64,000 nt of DNA, taken from contig OZ250169.1 in assembly GCA_965237955.1 (NCBI GenBank), positions 4,960,001 through 5,024,000 of the forward strand, read 5' to 3'. Position numbers and translations under genes: made by a program. The notes below the pieces were generated by a model. That model was given only the letters and a program-made list of their open reading frames with translations, was not told where the DNA came from and did not search any database. Below, piece after piece: positions 9,720 to 17,759 of the stretch. Origin of the DNA: Candidatus Marinacidobacterales bacterium (lineage in GTDB: Bacteria; Acidobacteriota; Vicinamibacteria; Marinacidobacterales; SMYC01). Each line of letters starts with the position of its first letter. The stretch's first letter is position 1.

Positions 9720-10705
9720 CCCGCTTCGCCTATCCGTGGATGGTGCTGGCGCTCGCGCTCGTGCCGCTCCTCGTCTACTTGCGATTTCGCTGGGGCGAGC
9801 GCGTGCCATCACTTCGCTATTCGGACGTCGGTGGCCTCGCGCGGCTCCCGCGCTCCGTCTGGGTTCGTCTCTCGTGGCTTCCATTCGCGCTGCGCGTGGC
9901 GGCTATCACGCTTCTGCTGGTTGCCCTGGCGCGACCTCAAAGCGGGGCGACGGGCGAAGAGATCCGTGCCGAGGGCGTCGACATCATGCTCGTGATCGAC
10001 GTTTCGAGCAGCATGCTTGCCGAGGACTTCCGTCCCAACAATCGTCTCCACGTAGCCAAAGAAGTGGTTTCTGATTTCATCAAACGACGAGACAACGACC
10101 GCCTGGGGATGACCGTCTTTGCGCGGCACGCGATCACGAAGACACCCCTCACTCTCGACCACGACATCTTGTTGACCCACCTCGACGATGTCGCGATTGG
10201 CACCATAGCGGACGGAACCGCCATCGGTAACGCCATCGCGTCGTCCGTGAATCGCCTGAAAGACTCTGACGCTGAATCGCGCATCATGATCCTGCTGACG
10301 GACGGTGAGAACACCGCGGGTGAAATTGATCCCTTCACCGCCGCGCAACTCGCGAAGACGTTCGGCATTCGCGTGTACGCCGTGGGTGTTGGAAGGGGCG
10401 GCTTGGTGCCGTACCCGTTTCGCGATCCGCTGTATGGAACGGTGTATCGCGAAGTCGAGATCCCGATCGACGAAGAGGGTCTCGAAGAGATCGCGACTAT
10501 CACCGGTGCCCAGTTTTTTCGCGCTCGCGATGCGGAGTCGCTGAAAGCCGTCTACGAGGAGATCGACGCTCTCGAAACCACGGAGATCGAGCAGATTCAA
10601 TACGTGCGCTACACCGAGCTGGCGACGTACTTCATGTTGGCCGCGCTCGGATTCCTTGCGGCCGAGACGCTCTTGTCGCGAACGCGTTTGGCGAGGTTTC
10701 CCTGA
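9716..10705 (+). CDS. batA: BatA VWA domain protein
   Basis: ALARPQ, MIDAS DVSSSM, GTAIGNA, LLTDGEN. Confidence 0.9.
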   Translation: MTRFAYPWMVLALALVPLLVYLRFRWGERVPSLRYSDVGGLARLPRSVWVRLSWLPFALRVAAITLLLVALARPQSGATGEEIRAEGVDIMLVIDVSSSMLAEDFRPNNRLHVAKEVVSDFIKRRDNDRLGMTVFARHAITKTPLTLDHDILLTHLDDVAIGTIADGTAIGNAIASSVNRLKDSDAESRIMILLTDGENTAGEIDPFTAAQLAKTFGIRVYAVGVGRGGLVPYPFRDPLYGTVYREVEIPIDEEGLEEIATITGAQFFRARDAESLKAVYEEIDALETTEIEQIQYVRYTELATYFMLAALGFLAAETLLSRTRLARFP

Positions 10706-11733
10706 TGCAGTTTCACACGCCGAACGCGTTCTATTTGCTGCTCTTGCTGCCGGTGCTGGCGTGGTTCATCTACTGGAGCATGCGGCGTAAGCGAAAAGCG
10801 GCCGAAGCTCTCGGGGACGTCGATCTCATCGATCGGCTATCGTTGCGGGTGAGCCCATCACGCGAACGCATCAAGCCGGCGCTTATCGGCGCCGCGGTGT
10901 TTTTTCTCGTGCTCGCGATCGCGCGGCCGCAGTGGGGTCAAGGCGAGCAGGAAGTGTTCGCTCGCGGCGTCGATGTGTTTCTCGTTCTCGATACGTCGTT
11001 CAGTATGGACGCGCCCGACATCGCGCCGTCGCGCATGGAGCGAGCGCGCTACGTCGCGTCTCAGCTGATGGGTAGGCTTCAAGGAAATCGTTTGGGCCTC
11101 GTCGTGTTCTCGGGAGCATCATTCGTCCAGTGTCCACTCACGCTGGACTACGGCGCGGCCCGCATCTTTCTCGACACCGTGGCCACCGGTATCGTCCCCG
11201 TGCCGGGAACGAACATCGTTCAGGCGATCGAGGCTGCCAAGCGTGGCTTCGTCTCGCGAAACTCCAAGTACAAAGTCATCGTTCTTCTGACCGATGGAGA
11301 GCAGCAGACCGGCGATGTGATTTCCGTGGCGGAGCAAGCGCGCGACGAAGGCATCGTGATCCACACCATCGGGGTGGGTACTCCGGGGGGCGAGCCGATT
11401 CCGGTGTTGAACGAACGGGGCGAGGTCTCGGATTATGTGCGACACGAGTCGGGCCAGCCTGTTTTGAGCCGCTTGGACGAAGAGACGCTTTCCACGCTCG
11501 CACTCACCACCGGCGGGAAGTATTTCCGCGTATCCGGGCAGGACGAAGAGATCGAGGGTATCGCAACACGCATCATGGATATGGAAGGCGAGGACTTGGA
11601 ATCGCAGCTCTTTACCCGCTACCAAGAGCGCTTCTACTGGCCGCTGGTCATTGCCCTCACGCTCTTGGTCGTGGATACCGTCCTGTCGAGGCAAAAGCGT
11701 GAGGGCCGCGAACCCACGGGAGAGATGACATGA
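10705..11733 (+). CDS. batB: BatB VWA domain protein
   Basis: IARPQWG, DTSFSM, CPLTLDY, LLTDGE, GVGTPGG. Confidence 0.88.
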   Translation: MQFHTPNAFYLLLLLPVLAWFIYWSMRRKRKAAEALGDVDLIDRLSLRVSPSRERIKPALIGAAVFFLVLAIARPQWGQGEQEVFARGVDVFLVLDTSFSMDAPDIAPSRMERARYVASQLMGRLQGNRLGLVVFSGASFVQCPLTLDYGAARIFLDTVATGIVPVPGTNIVQAIEAAKRGFVSRNSKYKVIVLLTDGEQQTGDVISVAEQARDEGIVIHTIGVGTPGGEPIPVLNERGEVSDYVRHESGQPVLSRLDEETLSTLALTTGGKYFRVSGQDEEIEGIATRIMDMEGEDLESQLFTRYQERFYWPLVIALTLLVVDTVLSRQKREGREPTGEMT

Positions 11734-12377
11734 AGGTCCTAACAGCTTGGTCGAGCGCACTGGTCGTGGCTCAGCTGCTGGGGCCCGCCGAGGATCGCAC
11801 GACCAAAGCAGGTAACGACGCCTATCAGGAAGGCGAGCTAGACGAAGCGCTCAAGAATTACACCCGAGCGCAGGTCGAGCACCCCTATGCACATGAGCTT
11901 CACTACAACATCGGCAACGTACAGTTCCGCAAGGACGACCTCGACAAAGCGCTCGAGGAGTACCACGCCGCGCTCTATGCTGACGCGGAGTTGAAGCGGC
12001 GCGCGCACTACAACGCCGGCAACATCCGTTACTTGCGCGAAGAGTGGGAGGATGCTGTCAAAGCGTACAGCGATGCGCTCCGCATCGATCCTGACGACGT
12101 CGAAGCGCAGCAGAACCTGGAGCTCGCGCTTCAAAAGCTGCAGGAACAGCCGCAACAGAGCAGCAACGAGGACGAAAGCGAGCAAGAGCAATCACCGCAG
12201 TTGTCGCCCAATGAGCAGGGCGCGGAAGAACAGGATGCCCAACAGCAGCCGATGGAGATGACTCGAGAAGAGGCTGAGCAGATCCTTCAGGCACTCGCTC
12301 AGATGGAGCAAGCCCAGCAAATGGAGCAGCAGCCAAAGCAGGGGGCCAAAGTTCGAGCGAAAGGCAAGTACTGGTGA
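11730..12377 (+). CDS. batC: BatC TPR protein
   Basis: TPR repeats (YNIGN, YNAGN), Q/E-rich linker, EAEQILQAL, C-terminal W. Confidence 0.85.
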   Translation: MKVLTAWSSALVVAQLLGPAEDRTTKAGNDAYQEGELDEALKNYTRAQVEHPYAHELHYNIGNVQFRKDDLDKALEEYHAALYADAELKRRAHYNAGNIRYLREEWEDAVKAYSDALRIDPDDVEAQQNLELALQKLQEQPQQSSNEDESEQEQSPQLSPNEQGAEEQDAQQQPMEMTREEAEQILQALAQMEQAQQMEQQPKQGAKVRAKGKYW

Positions 12378-14164
12378 GACTCCTAGTACTCGCGCTAGCT
12401 TTTTCCACCGGCGCGCTCGCATCCGCCGCGCAGGAGGTCCGCGTCGAGGCGAGCGTCAATGCGAATCGCATCGGTCGAGAAGACGTACTTCAGCTGACGA
12501 TCGCGATCGAGGGCGGCGCCGGTGAGCCGCAGCTTCCCCAGATCGAGGGTTTTCGCGTGTACGGCCGCCGCTCGACATCCAGCCAGGCCTCGATCGTCGG
12601 CGGACAGATGACGTCGACGAACTCCTACATCTACCAGCTGCTGCCTGAAAAAGAAGGGCGATTCACGATCGGGCCTATCACCGTCAACGTCTCGGGTGAG
12701 GAACATCGCACCGAGCCGATCGAGATCGAAGTCGTCTCCGGCTCGGTAGTTCCTCGCGGGCGCGGTGTGAGTCCGTTCGGCTCGATGTCGCCGCGATCAC
12801 GACGAACGCCTTCGGTCACCGCCGGCGATGCCTACTTGAAAGCAGAAGTTTCGAAGAGCTCCGTCTACCAGGGCGAAGAGATTATCGTGACCTATCGCCT
12901 CTACAGCCGCTACGTTCCCCTCGGTCCACAGATTGAAGACGACCCGCCGCTGACCGGCTTCTGGGCGGAAGAGGTCGATCTCGACGACAGCGACACTGCC
13001 AAGCGCCAGACGATCGATGGGGAGCCGTACCTCGTGTTTCCTTTGAAACGGCGCATCCTGTTTCCGACCAAGACGGGTGAGCTCGAGGTTCCACCGCTGA
13101 CGTTGTCGACGGCGTTTCGGCTGACGTCGAGTGACCCCTTCGACTCCTTCTTCTCCCGCGGCTCGAGCCCGATCGTCGTCCGATCGGCGCCGGTGAAGGT
13201 CGATGTCAAACCGCTTCCTTCGGCTGGCCGCTCGCGGGAGTTCGCGGGCGCGGTGGGCGAGTTCGAGCTCACGGCGGAGCTGAATCGGGAAGAAGTGGAA
13301 GCGGGCGATGCGGTGACGCTGACACTTTCGATCGCCGGTCGGGGGAATCTTCGCACCATCGAATCGCCGTCTCTTCCCGATACCCCCGGGTTTCGCACGT
13401 TCGATCCCAAGACTGACGAAACGATACGCGCGAGCCGTCGGGGACTGCGCGGCTCGAAGCAGTGGGAGTACGTCCTCGTTCCCGAGTCGGGAGGTACGAA
13501 AGAGATTGGACCGTGGAGCTTTCAGTACTTCGATCCCGCCGCCGGCAAGTATGTCGACACGACCGCGGGACCGCTGACGCTTCGTGTGTCGGGCTCCGCC
13601 GCCGGTGCGGCACCGGCCCCGAGCTCGCGCGGTGAAGTCACGCTCTTACGGCAGGACATTCGATACTTGAAAGAGGCGCCTCGGACGTTGGGCGTTCAAT
13701 CGACGCCGTACTACGGAAGCACCCTCTTCTATCTCTCGCTCGCGCTTCCGATCCTTTGGAATCTCGGGCTCGTCGCTTATCTGCGGCAGCGTGAGAAAGA
13801 AAAAACTCACTCGAGTCTTTTCCGTAGCCGCCGCGCCCATCGCATGGCGCAAGATCGACTGAAACGCGCCGCCAAACTCGCGGCCGAGGGCTCCAAGGAT
13901 TTCTACGAAGAAATCGCCGCGGCGCTCTACAAATACGTCGGCGACAAGAAATCGGTCAGCCCCTCCGGTCTCACGACGCAGAGTATCGACGCTCTTCTCG
14001 ACGACGGCGGTGTTTCCCGCGCAACGCGTGCGAAGTTCCTCGCGGTCTTGTCGAAATGCGAAGAGGCGCGCTTCACTCCCGGAACGCGCACGCGCGATGA
14101 GATGGAGACGCTCCGCGCTCGCACAGAGGCTTTGATCGTCTGGGTGGAAAGACAACTCGCATGA
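12374..14164 (+). CDS. batD: BatD family protein
   Basis: Signal peptide, repeated Ig-like segments, FAGAVGEF, YFDP motifs, late TM helix. Confidence 0.88.
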   Translation: MRLLVLALAFSTGALASAAQEVRVEASVNANRIGREDVLQLTIAIEGGAGEPQLPQIEGFRVYGRRSTSSQASIVGGQMTSTNSYIYQLLPEKEGRFTIGPITVNVSGEEHRTEPIEIEVVSGSVVPRGRGVSPFGSMSPRSRRTPSVTAGDAYLKAEVSKSSVYQGEEIIVTYRLYSRYVPLGPQIEDDPPLTGFWAEEVDLDDSDTAKRQTIDGEPYLVFPLKRRILFPTKTGELEVPPLTLSTAFRLTSSDPFDSFFSRGSSPIVVRSAPVKVDVKPLPSAGRSREFAGAVGEFELTAELNREEVEAGDAVTLTLSIAGRGNLRTIESPSLPDTPGFRTFDPKTDETIRASRRGLRGSKQWEYVLVPESGGTKEIGPWSFQYFDPAAGKYVDTTAGPLTLRVSGSAAGAAPAPSSRGEVTLLRQDIRYLKEAPRTLGVQSTPYYGSTLFYLSLALPILWNLGLVAYLRQREKEKTHSSLFRSRRAHRMAQDRLKRAAKLAAEGSKDFYEEIAAALYKYVGDKKSVSPSGLTTQSIDALLDDGGVSRATRAKFLAVLSKCEEARFTPGTRTRDEMETLRARTEALIVWVERQLA

Positions 14165-14907
14165 GCTTCGTCTTCGCGCTTTTGATGCAGCTCGCGGTAG
14201 AGTCGCCGCAAGAGGCGTTCGCCCGGGCGGAAGCGCTCTATCAAGAGCAACGCTATGACGAGGCGGCTGGAGTCTACGAGAGCATGCGGGCACTCGGCAT
14301 CGAAGACGCGGCGCTCGACTACAATCTGGGCAACGCTTACTTCAAAGCCGGGAGGCTCGGCCTGTCGGTGTTGAGCTACGAGCGGGCATTGGTGCTAGCG
14401 CCTAGCGACGAGGACGTACGGACGAATTTGTTGTACGCCAACGAGCTCGTGGCGGACGCCGTCGAGGAAGCGCCGCTACCACTCGCGGTCCGATGGGCGG
14501 TGGACGTCTACCGGAGCTTGCAGCCCAACTTCCTCGCAATCTTGTTGAGCATTGCTTTCGTTCTCGGCGGTGTGGCACTCACGCTCGTGCTCTACGACGC
14601 GTGGCGTCAACCTCAATGGGGGCGTTCATCTGCCGTCGTAGCTCTCGTCATCTGCGCGACGCTGGCGCTTGCCTCGGGAGGCGCGCTGGCGTCAAAAGTA
14701 AACGCAGCCGCGAATCGTGTCGAAGCCATCGTTTTGACCGAGAACGCCTACGTGCGCAGCGGACCCGGCGACGCCAACCCGCGACTAGCCGAGATCCACG
14801 AAGGTCTAAAAGTGCGCGTCATCTCCGAACGCGAGGGCTGGTATCAGGTCACTCTCGCAAACGGGCTGACCGGATGGTTACGCGCGGCCGAGATCGAGAC
14901 TATATAG
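14161..14907 (+). CDS. batE: BatE TPR + SH3 protein
   Basis: YNLGNAYFK TPR, two TM helices, VRSGPG...HEGLKV...GWL SH3b. Confidence 0.87.
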   Translation: MSFVFALLMQLAVESPQEAFARAEALYQEQRYDEAAGVYESMRALGIEDAALDYNLGNAYFKAGRLGLSVLSYERALVLAPSDEDVRTNLLYANELVADAVEEAPLPLAVRWAVDVYRSLQPNFLAILLSIAFVLGGVALTLVLYDAWRQPQWGRSSAVVALVICATLALASGGALASKVNAAANRVEAIVLTENAYVRSGPGDANPRLAEIHEGLKVRVISEREGWYQVTLANGLTGWLRAAEIETI

Positions 14908-14910
14908 CTC

Positions 14911-15816
14911 ATGCGGCAAAGCCGCCCGAGCTTCACCGCTACCAAGATCGCTCGCGGCATCGTGTTCGTTGCCGAAGATCCACGCGTGCGAGACCTCCTG
15001 CCTCCGGGAACTGTCGAGCTGAATTCGAAACTGCTGACCGAGGCGCAGCTAATCAAACCGTGGATGGTCGAGCTGTACCGCAAACCGTGGTTCCGAAGCT
15101 TCGCCCACCGGGTCGCACGCCACACGACGCCCTGGCAGATGATGACGCTTCCGATTCGCAAGCGCTTCATGGACTATGAAGCTCGGCGAGCCATCGATGA
15201 AGGGGCGCGTCAGCTTCTGATCGTCGGCGCAGGGTTCGACACACTCGCACTCCGCATAGCGGAACAGCTTCCCGACGTGCAATGTTTCGAAATCGACCAC
15301 CCAGCGACGCAGCAGGTCAAACGTGCGGCTGTCGAATCGTTGAAGCTCGAGCGTTCCAACTTGCATCTCGTGGCCGTCGATCTTGCTTCCACGAGTCTTC
15401 CCGATGCGCTCGAGCAAGCTCCCAGTTGGAAGAGCGGTGTGGTCACCGTCGTCACGGCCGAGGGCGTTTTGATGTACCTCGACGAGTCGGATGTGACCAA
15501 GTTTCTCGACGGCGTGCGCGCCACGACCGCGACGGGAACCACGTTGTTGTTCACCCATATCTGCACCGGCGAGCACGGAGAGCTCGTCACTGGCAAGCAC
15601 ACCGGCTTCATGCGCGCTGCTCTCAAACTCGTCGGAGAGCCTCTGAAGTGGGGGATACGCCAAGATGCGTTGGCTGGCTTTCTGGGAGCGTACGGCTATA
15701 CTCTGGAGGAATCGCCGACGCCGGAGCAGTTGCGGGAGCGCTACCTCGAGCCCATAGGACTCGGAGACGAGATCGTGGGCGACATCGAGCTGATGGCGGC
15801 GGCCAGGGTGAGGTGA
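14911..15816 (+). CDS. SAM-dependent methyltransferase (LCM/YktD family)
   Basis: GAGFDTLALR, FEIDHPATQQVK, AEGVLMYL. Confidence 0.9.
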   Translation: MRQSRPSFTATKIARGIVFVAEDPRVRDLLPPGTVELNSKLLTEAQLIKPWMVELYRKPWFRSFAHRVARHTTPWQMMTLPIRKRFMDYEARRAIDEGARQLLIVGAGFDTLALRIAEQLPDVQCFEIDHPATQQVKRAAVESLKLERSNLHLVAVDLASTSLPDALEQAPSWKSGVVTVVTAEGVLMYLDESDVTKFLDGVRATTATGTTLLFTHICTGEHGELVTGKHTGFMRAALKLVGEPLKWGIRQDALAGFLGAYGYTLEESPTPEQLRERYLEPIGLGDEIVGDIELMAAARVR

Positions 15817-15817
15817 C

Positions 15818-16234
15818 ATGCCGAGCGAGAAAAGTCGGAAGCGGATGGACAAGCTCGTCGAAAGTTTCACCAAGAAGTCGGGAACCACGACCCATCCCGA
15901 CAAAGGTGTGACCGATGCGGTCGTCGAAGGCCTCGCGAGCCATCTCGACGAGCTCGGAAAACCTCTTTGCCCGTGTCGCTTCTATCCCGACAAGCAAGAG
16001 GAAGTGAAGCACCGAACGTGGATCTGCCCGTGCGACGACATGCAGATCTACAAGTATTGCCACTGTCTTCTGTTCGTGGACGAGAAAGGCCAACCGATCA
16101 CGGAGTATCTCCCCGAAAACCACGACGGCCGGCAGATTTATGGAATCGTGACCGATCCGACGCCAGACCAGGGCCGCGCCCTCCGTGACAAGGCTGCTGA
16201 GCGCGAAAAAGAGCGCAAGGAGCGTCCGTCGTAA
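15818..16234 (+). CDS. Ferredoxin:thioredoxin reductase catalytic subunit
   Basis: CPC...CPC...CHC triple motif (LCPCRFY, ICPCDD, YCHCLLF). Confidence 0.9.
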   Translation: MPSEKSRKRMDKLVESFTKKSGTTTHPDKGVTDAVVEGLASHLDELGKPLCPCRFYPDKQEEVKHRTWICPCDDMQIYKYCHCLLFVDEKGQPITEYLPENHDGRQIYGIVTDPTPDQGRALRDKAAEREKERKERPS

Positions 16235-16267
16235 AAAAAATGGGAGCGGGGGGCCTCCCCGCTCCCA
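16233..16267 (-). terminator. Rho-independent terminator
   Basis: 11-bp stem TGGGAGCGGGG/CCCCGCTCCCA followed by T8 on the minus strand. Confidence 0.85.
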
Positions 16268-16335
16268 GTGCCTGACGTTTCACCCAACACTGGCTACGGA
16301 CACAAAGGGGTCCGTGGGAGCGATCCGATCAGGAA
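16233..16335 (-). ncRNA. Small structured RNA, Acido-Lenti-1-like
   Basis: Hairpins ACGGAC..GTCCGT and CCAGTG-TTGGGTGAAACGTCAGG-CACTGG followed by a terminator; TTGACA upstream at 16363-16368. Family name is from recalled resemblance only. Confidence 0.5.
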
Positions 16336-16389
16336 AAACTCTCGAAGGAGCCGTAATAAATCTGTCAAGAATGTAACGCCAACGCTCCC

Positions 16390-16551
16390 GATCGTCGCGA
16401 TCCTGACGAGTCCGGAAAGTGTGAGCACGGAAAGGGCGAACGGCTGTGGCCCGGTGGCGAGCTGGGTCAACCATTCCGCGTAGTGTGGATGATCCGAAGT
16501 CGAATCCTCCCGATGGGCGTAGATCAAGACATTCACGTCGGGGAGGAGCAT
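16390..16551 (-). pseudogene. vapC: Truncated VapC/PIN toxin
   Basis: MLLPDVNVLIYAHRED...LSGLVRIAT, then similarity ends; the later catalytic Asp residues are absent. Confidence 0.8.
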
Positions 16552-16814
16552 CAGCGCTTGCGCGGCTGCCTGGCAAAGATCGCCTCATCGTCCTCGGCGA
16601 CAAGGGCTCTTGGGCGATCGAGTTCGATTTCGGGGTGAAGCCCCTCCCCCTTCACCGTGACCAGCCGGAAAGGAGGGGATGACTGCGGAGCCATCCGCTT
16701 CAGAGCATCGTCGAGCGTCCTGGCAATGAAGGCACTGACGCTCAAGCCCTCCTCCTCCGCCCTCCGGCGAACCTGCTGGGCGAGACGATCCTCCAGGGAA
16801 ATCGTGGTTCTCAT
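16551..16814 (-). CDS. VapB-type RHH antitoxin
   Basis: MRTTISLEDRL...SVSAFIARTL...FRLVTV; overlaps vapC start. Confidence 0.8.
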   Translation of the reverse strand: MRTTISLEDRLAQQVRRRAEEEGLSVSAFIARTLDDALKRMAPQSSPPFRLVTVKGEGLHPEIELDRPRALVAEDDEAIFARQPRKR

Positions 16815-16864
16815 ATGCACAGCATGACGAAATCGCATCGACGCATCAAGCTGACCACTGAGGA

Positions 16865-17586
16865 TTAAGCTTCATTCTTCAAGAGCCTGTACGCCAGGCG
16901 CCCTTGCGCCGCGTCCAGAAGGGCGTGAAGAGCCATGGGAATCCAGAGTGTCCCCGTGCCGATGTAGAACAACACGAAGACAAACCCCACGAAGATGATC
17001 TTTACCGCCTGTCGACGGCCTTGATAAAGATGTCCAAGGCCGAACGCGACTCCTGACAGAACCGAAGCCGCGGGTAACCCGACGTAGACGGCCAAATACC
17101 AGATCAGGTAGCCGCGAAACAGAACTTCTTCGCAGATCCCGGCGGTGATCGAGAGTGCGGTGAAGTACCGAAGCTCGCCGACACTCGAGGGTAGCAGCGG
17201 CCGCACTGCGTTCAGCTGGCTCATCAGGCGCTCGCGGCCTGCCTCGTCGTTCATCGCCGCCAGAAACATTCGACGCCACGTGATGGCGAGTGCCGCTGCG
17301 GCGACGAGTCCAATCCAAAAACGCGGGCCGGATGGAACCCCGAGACCGAGCTCCTCCACGGACCGGCCGGCGTGGAACCAGACGGCGATCGCTGCGAGCG
17401 CGAGCGACCACTGCCGCACGGTCGTTCTCCGGTACTGGCGCGAGCGGGCCTCCGGCACGCCGGACTCCAACGCCCTTTTGAAGCGAGGATAGTTGTACCG
17501 CGCATACACAGGGAGAACGATCGCGAAGCGAAAACGACGAGATGGTCCCAGGGCGAGATCACGTTCAGCTCTTGTACCACAGTCAT
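16865..17586 (-). CDS. CPBP/CAAX family intramembrane metalloprotease (frameshift near 17530)
   Basis: EEVLFRGY, FGLGHLYQG, HALLD motifs; N-terminus MTVVQELN...DHLVVFA is in another frame. Confidence 0.85.
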
Positions 17587-17704
17587 GGGAAACCCCCACG
17601 GGGCGTGGGCTGGAGCCCGCACTTTGGTCCTCGCCACGGGCGTCGTTGTCGTACAAATCACGGCCTGACAAGCGCTTAGATGAAAATCCCGGTTACCTCG
17701 TAAC

Positions 17705-17719
17705 TGGCACGACTGTTGC
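17705..17719 (+). promoter_or_regulatory. Sigma-54 promoter (-24/-12)
   Basis: TGGCAC-GACTG-TTGC, exact consensus, 40 nt upstream of ATG 17760. Confidence 0.8.
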
Positions 17720-17759
17720 GTTCTATAAGGAGGATCGTCACCTCAATCAGGAGACCACC

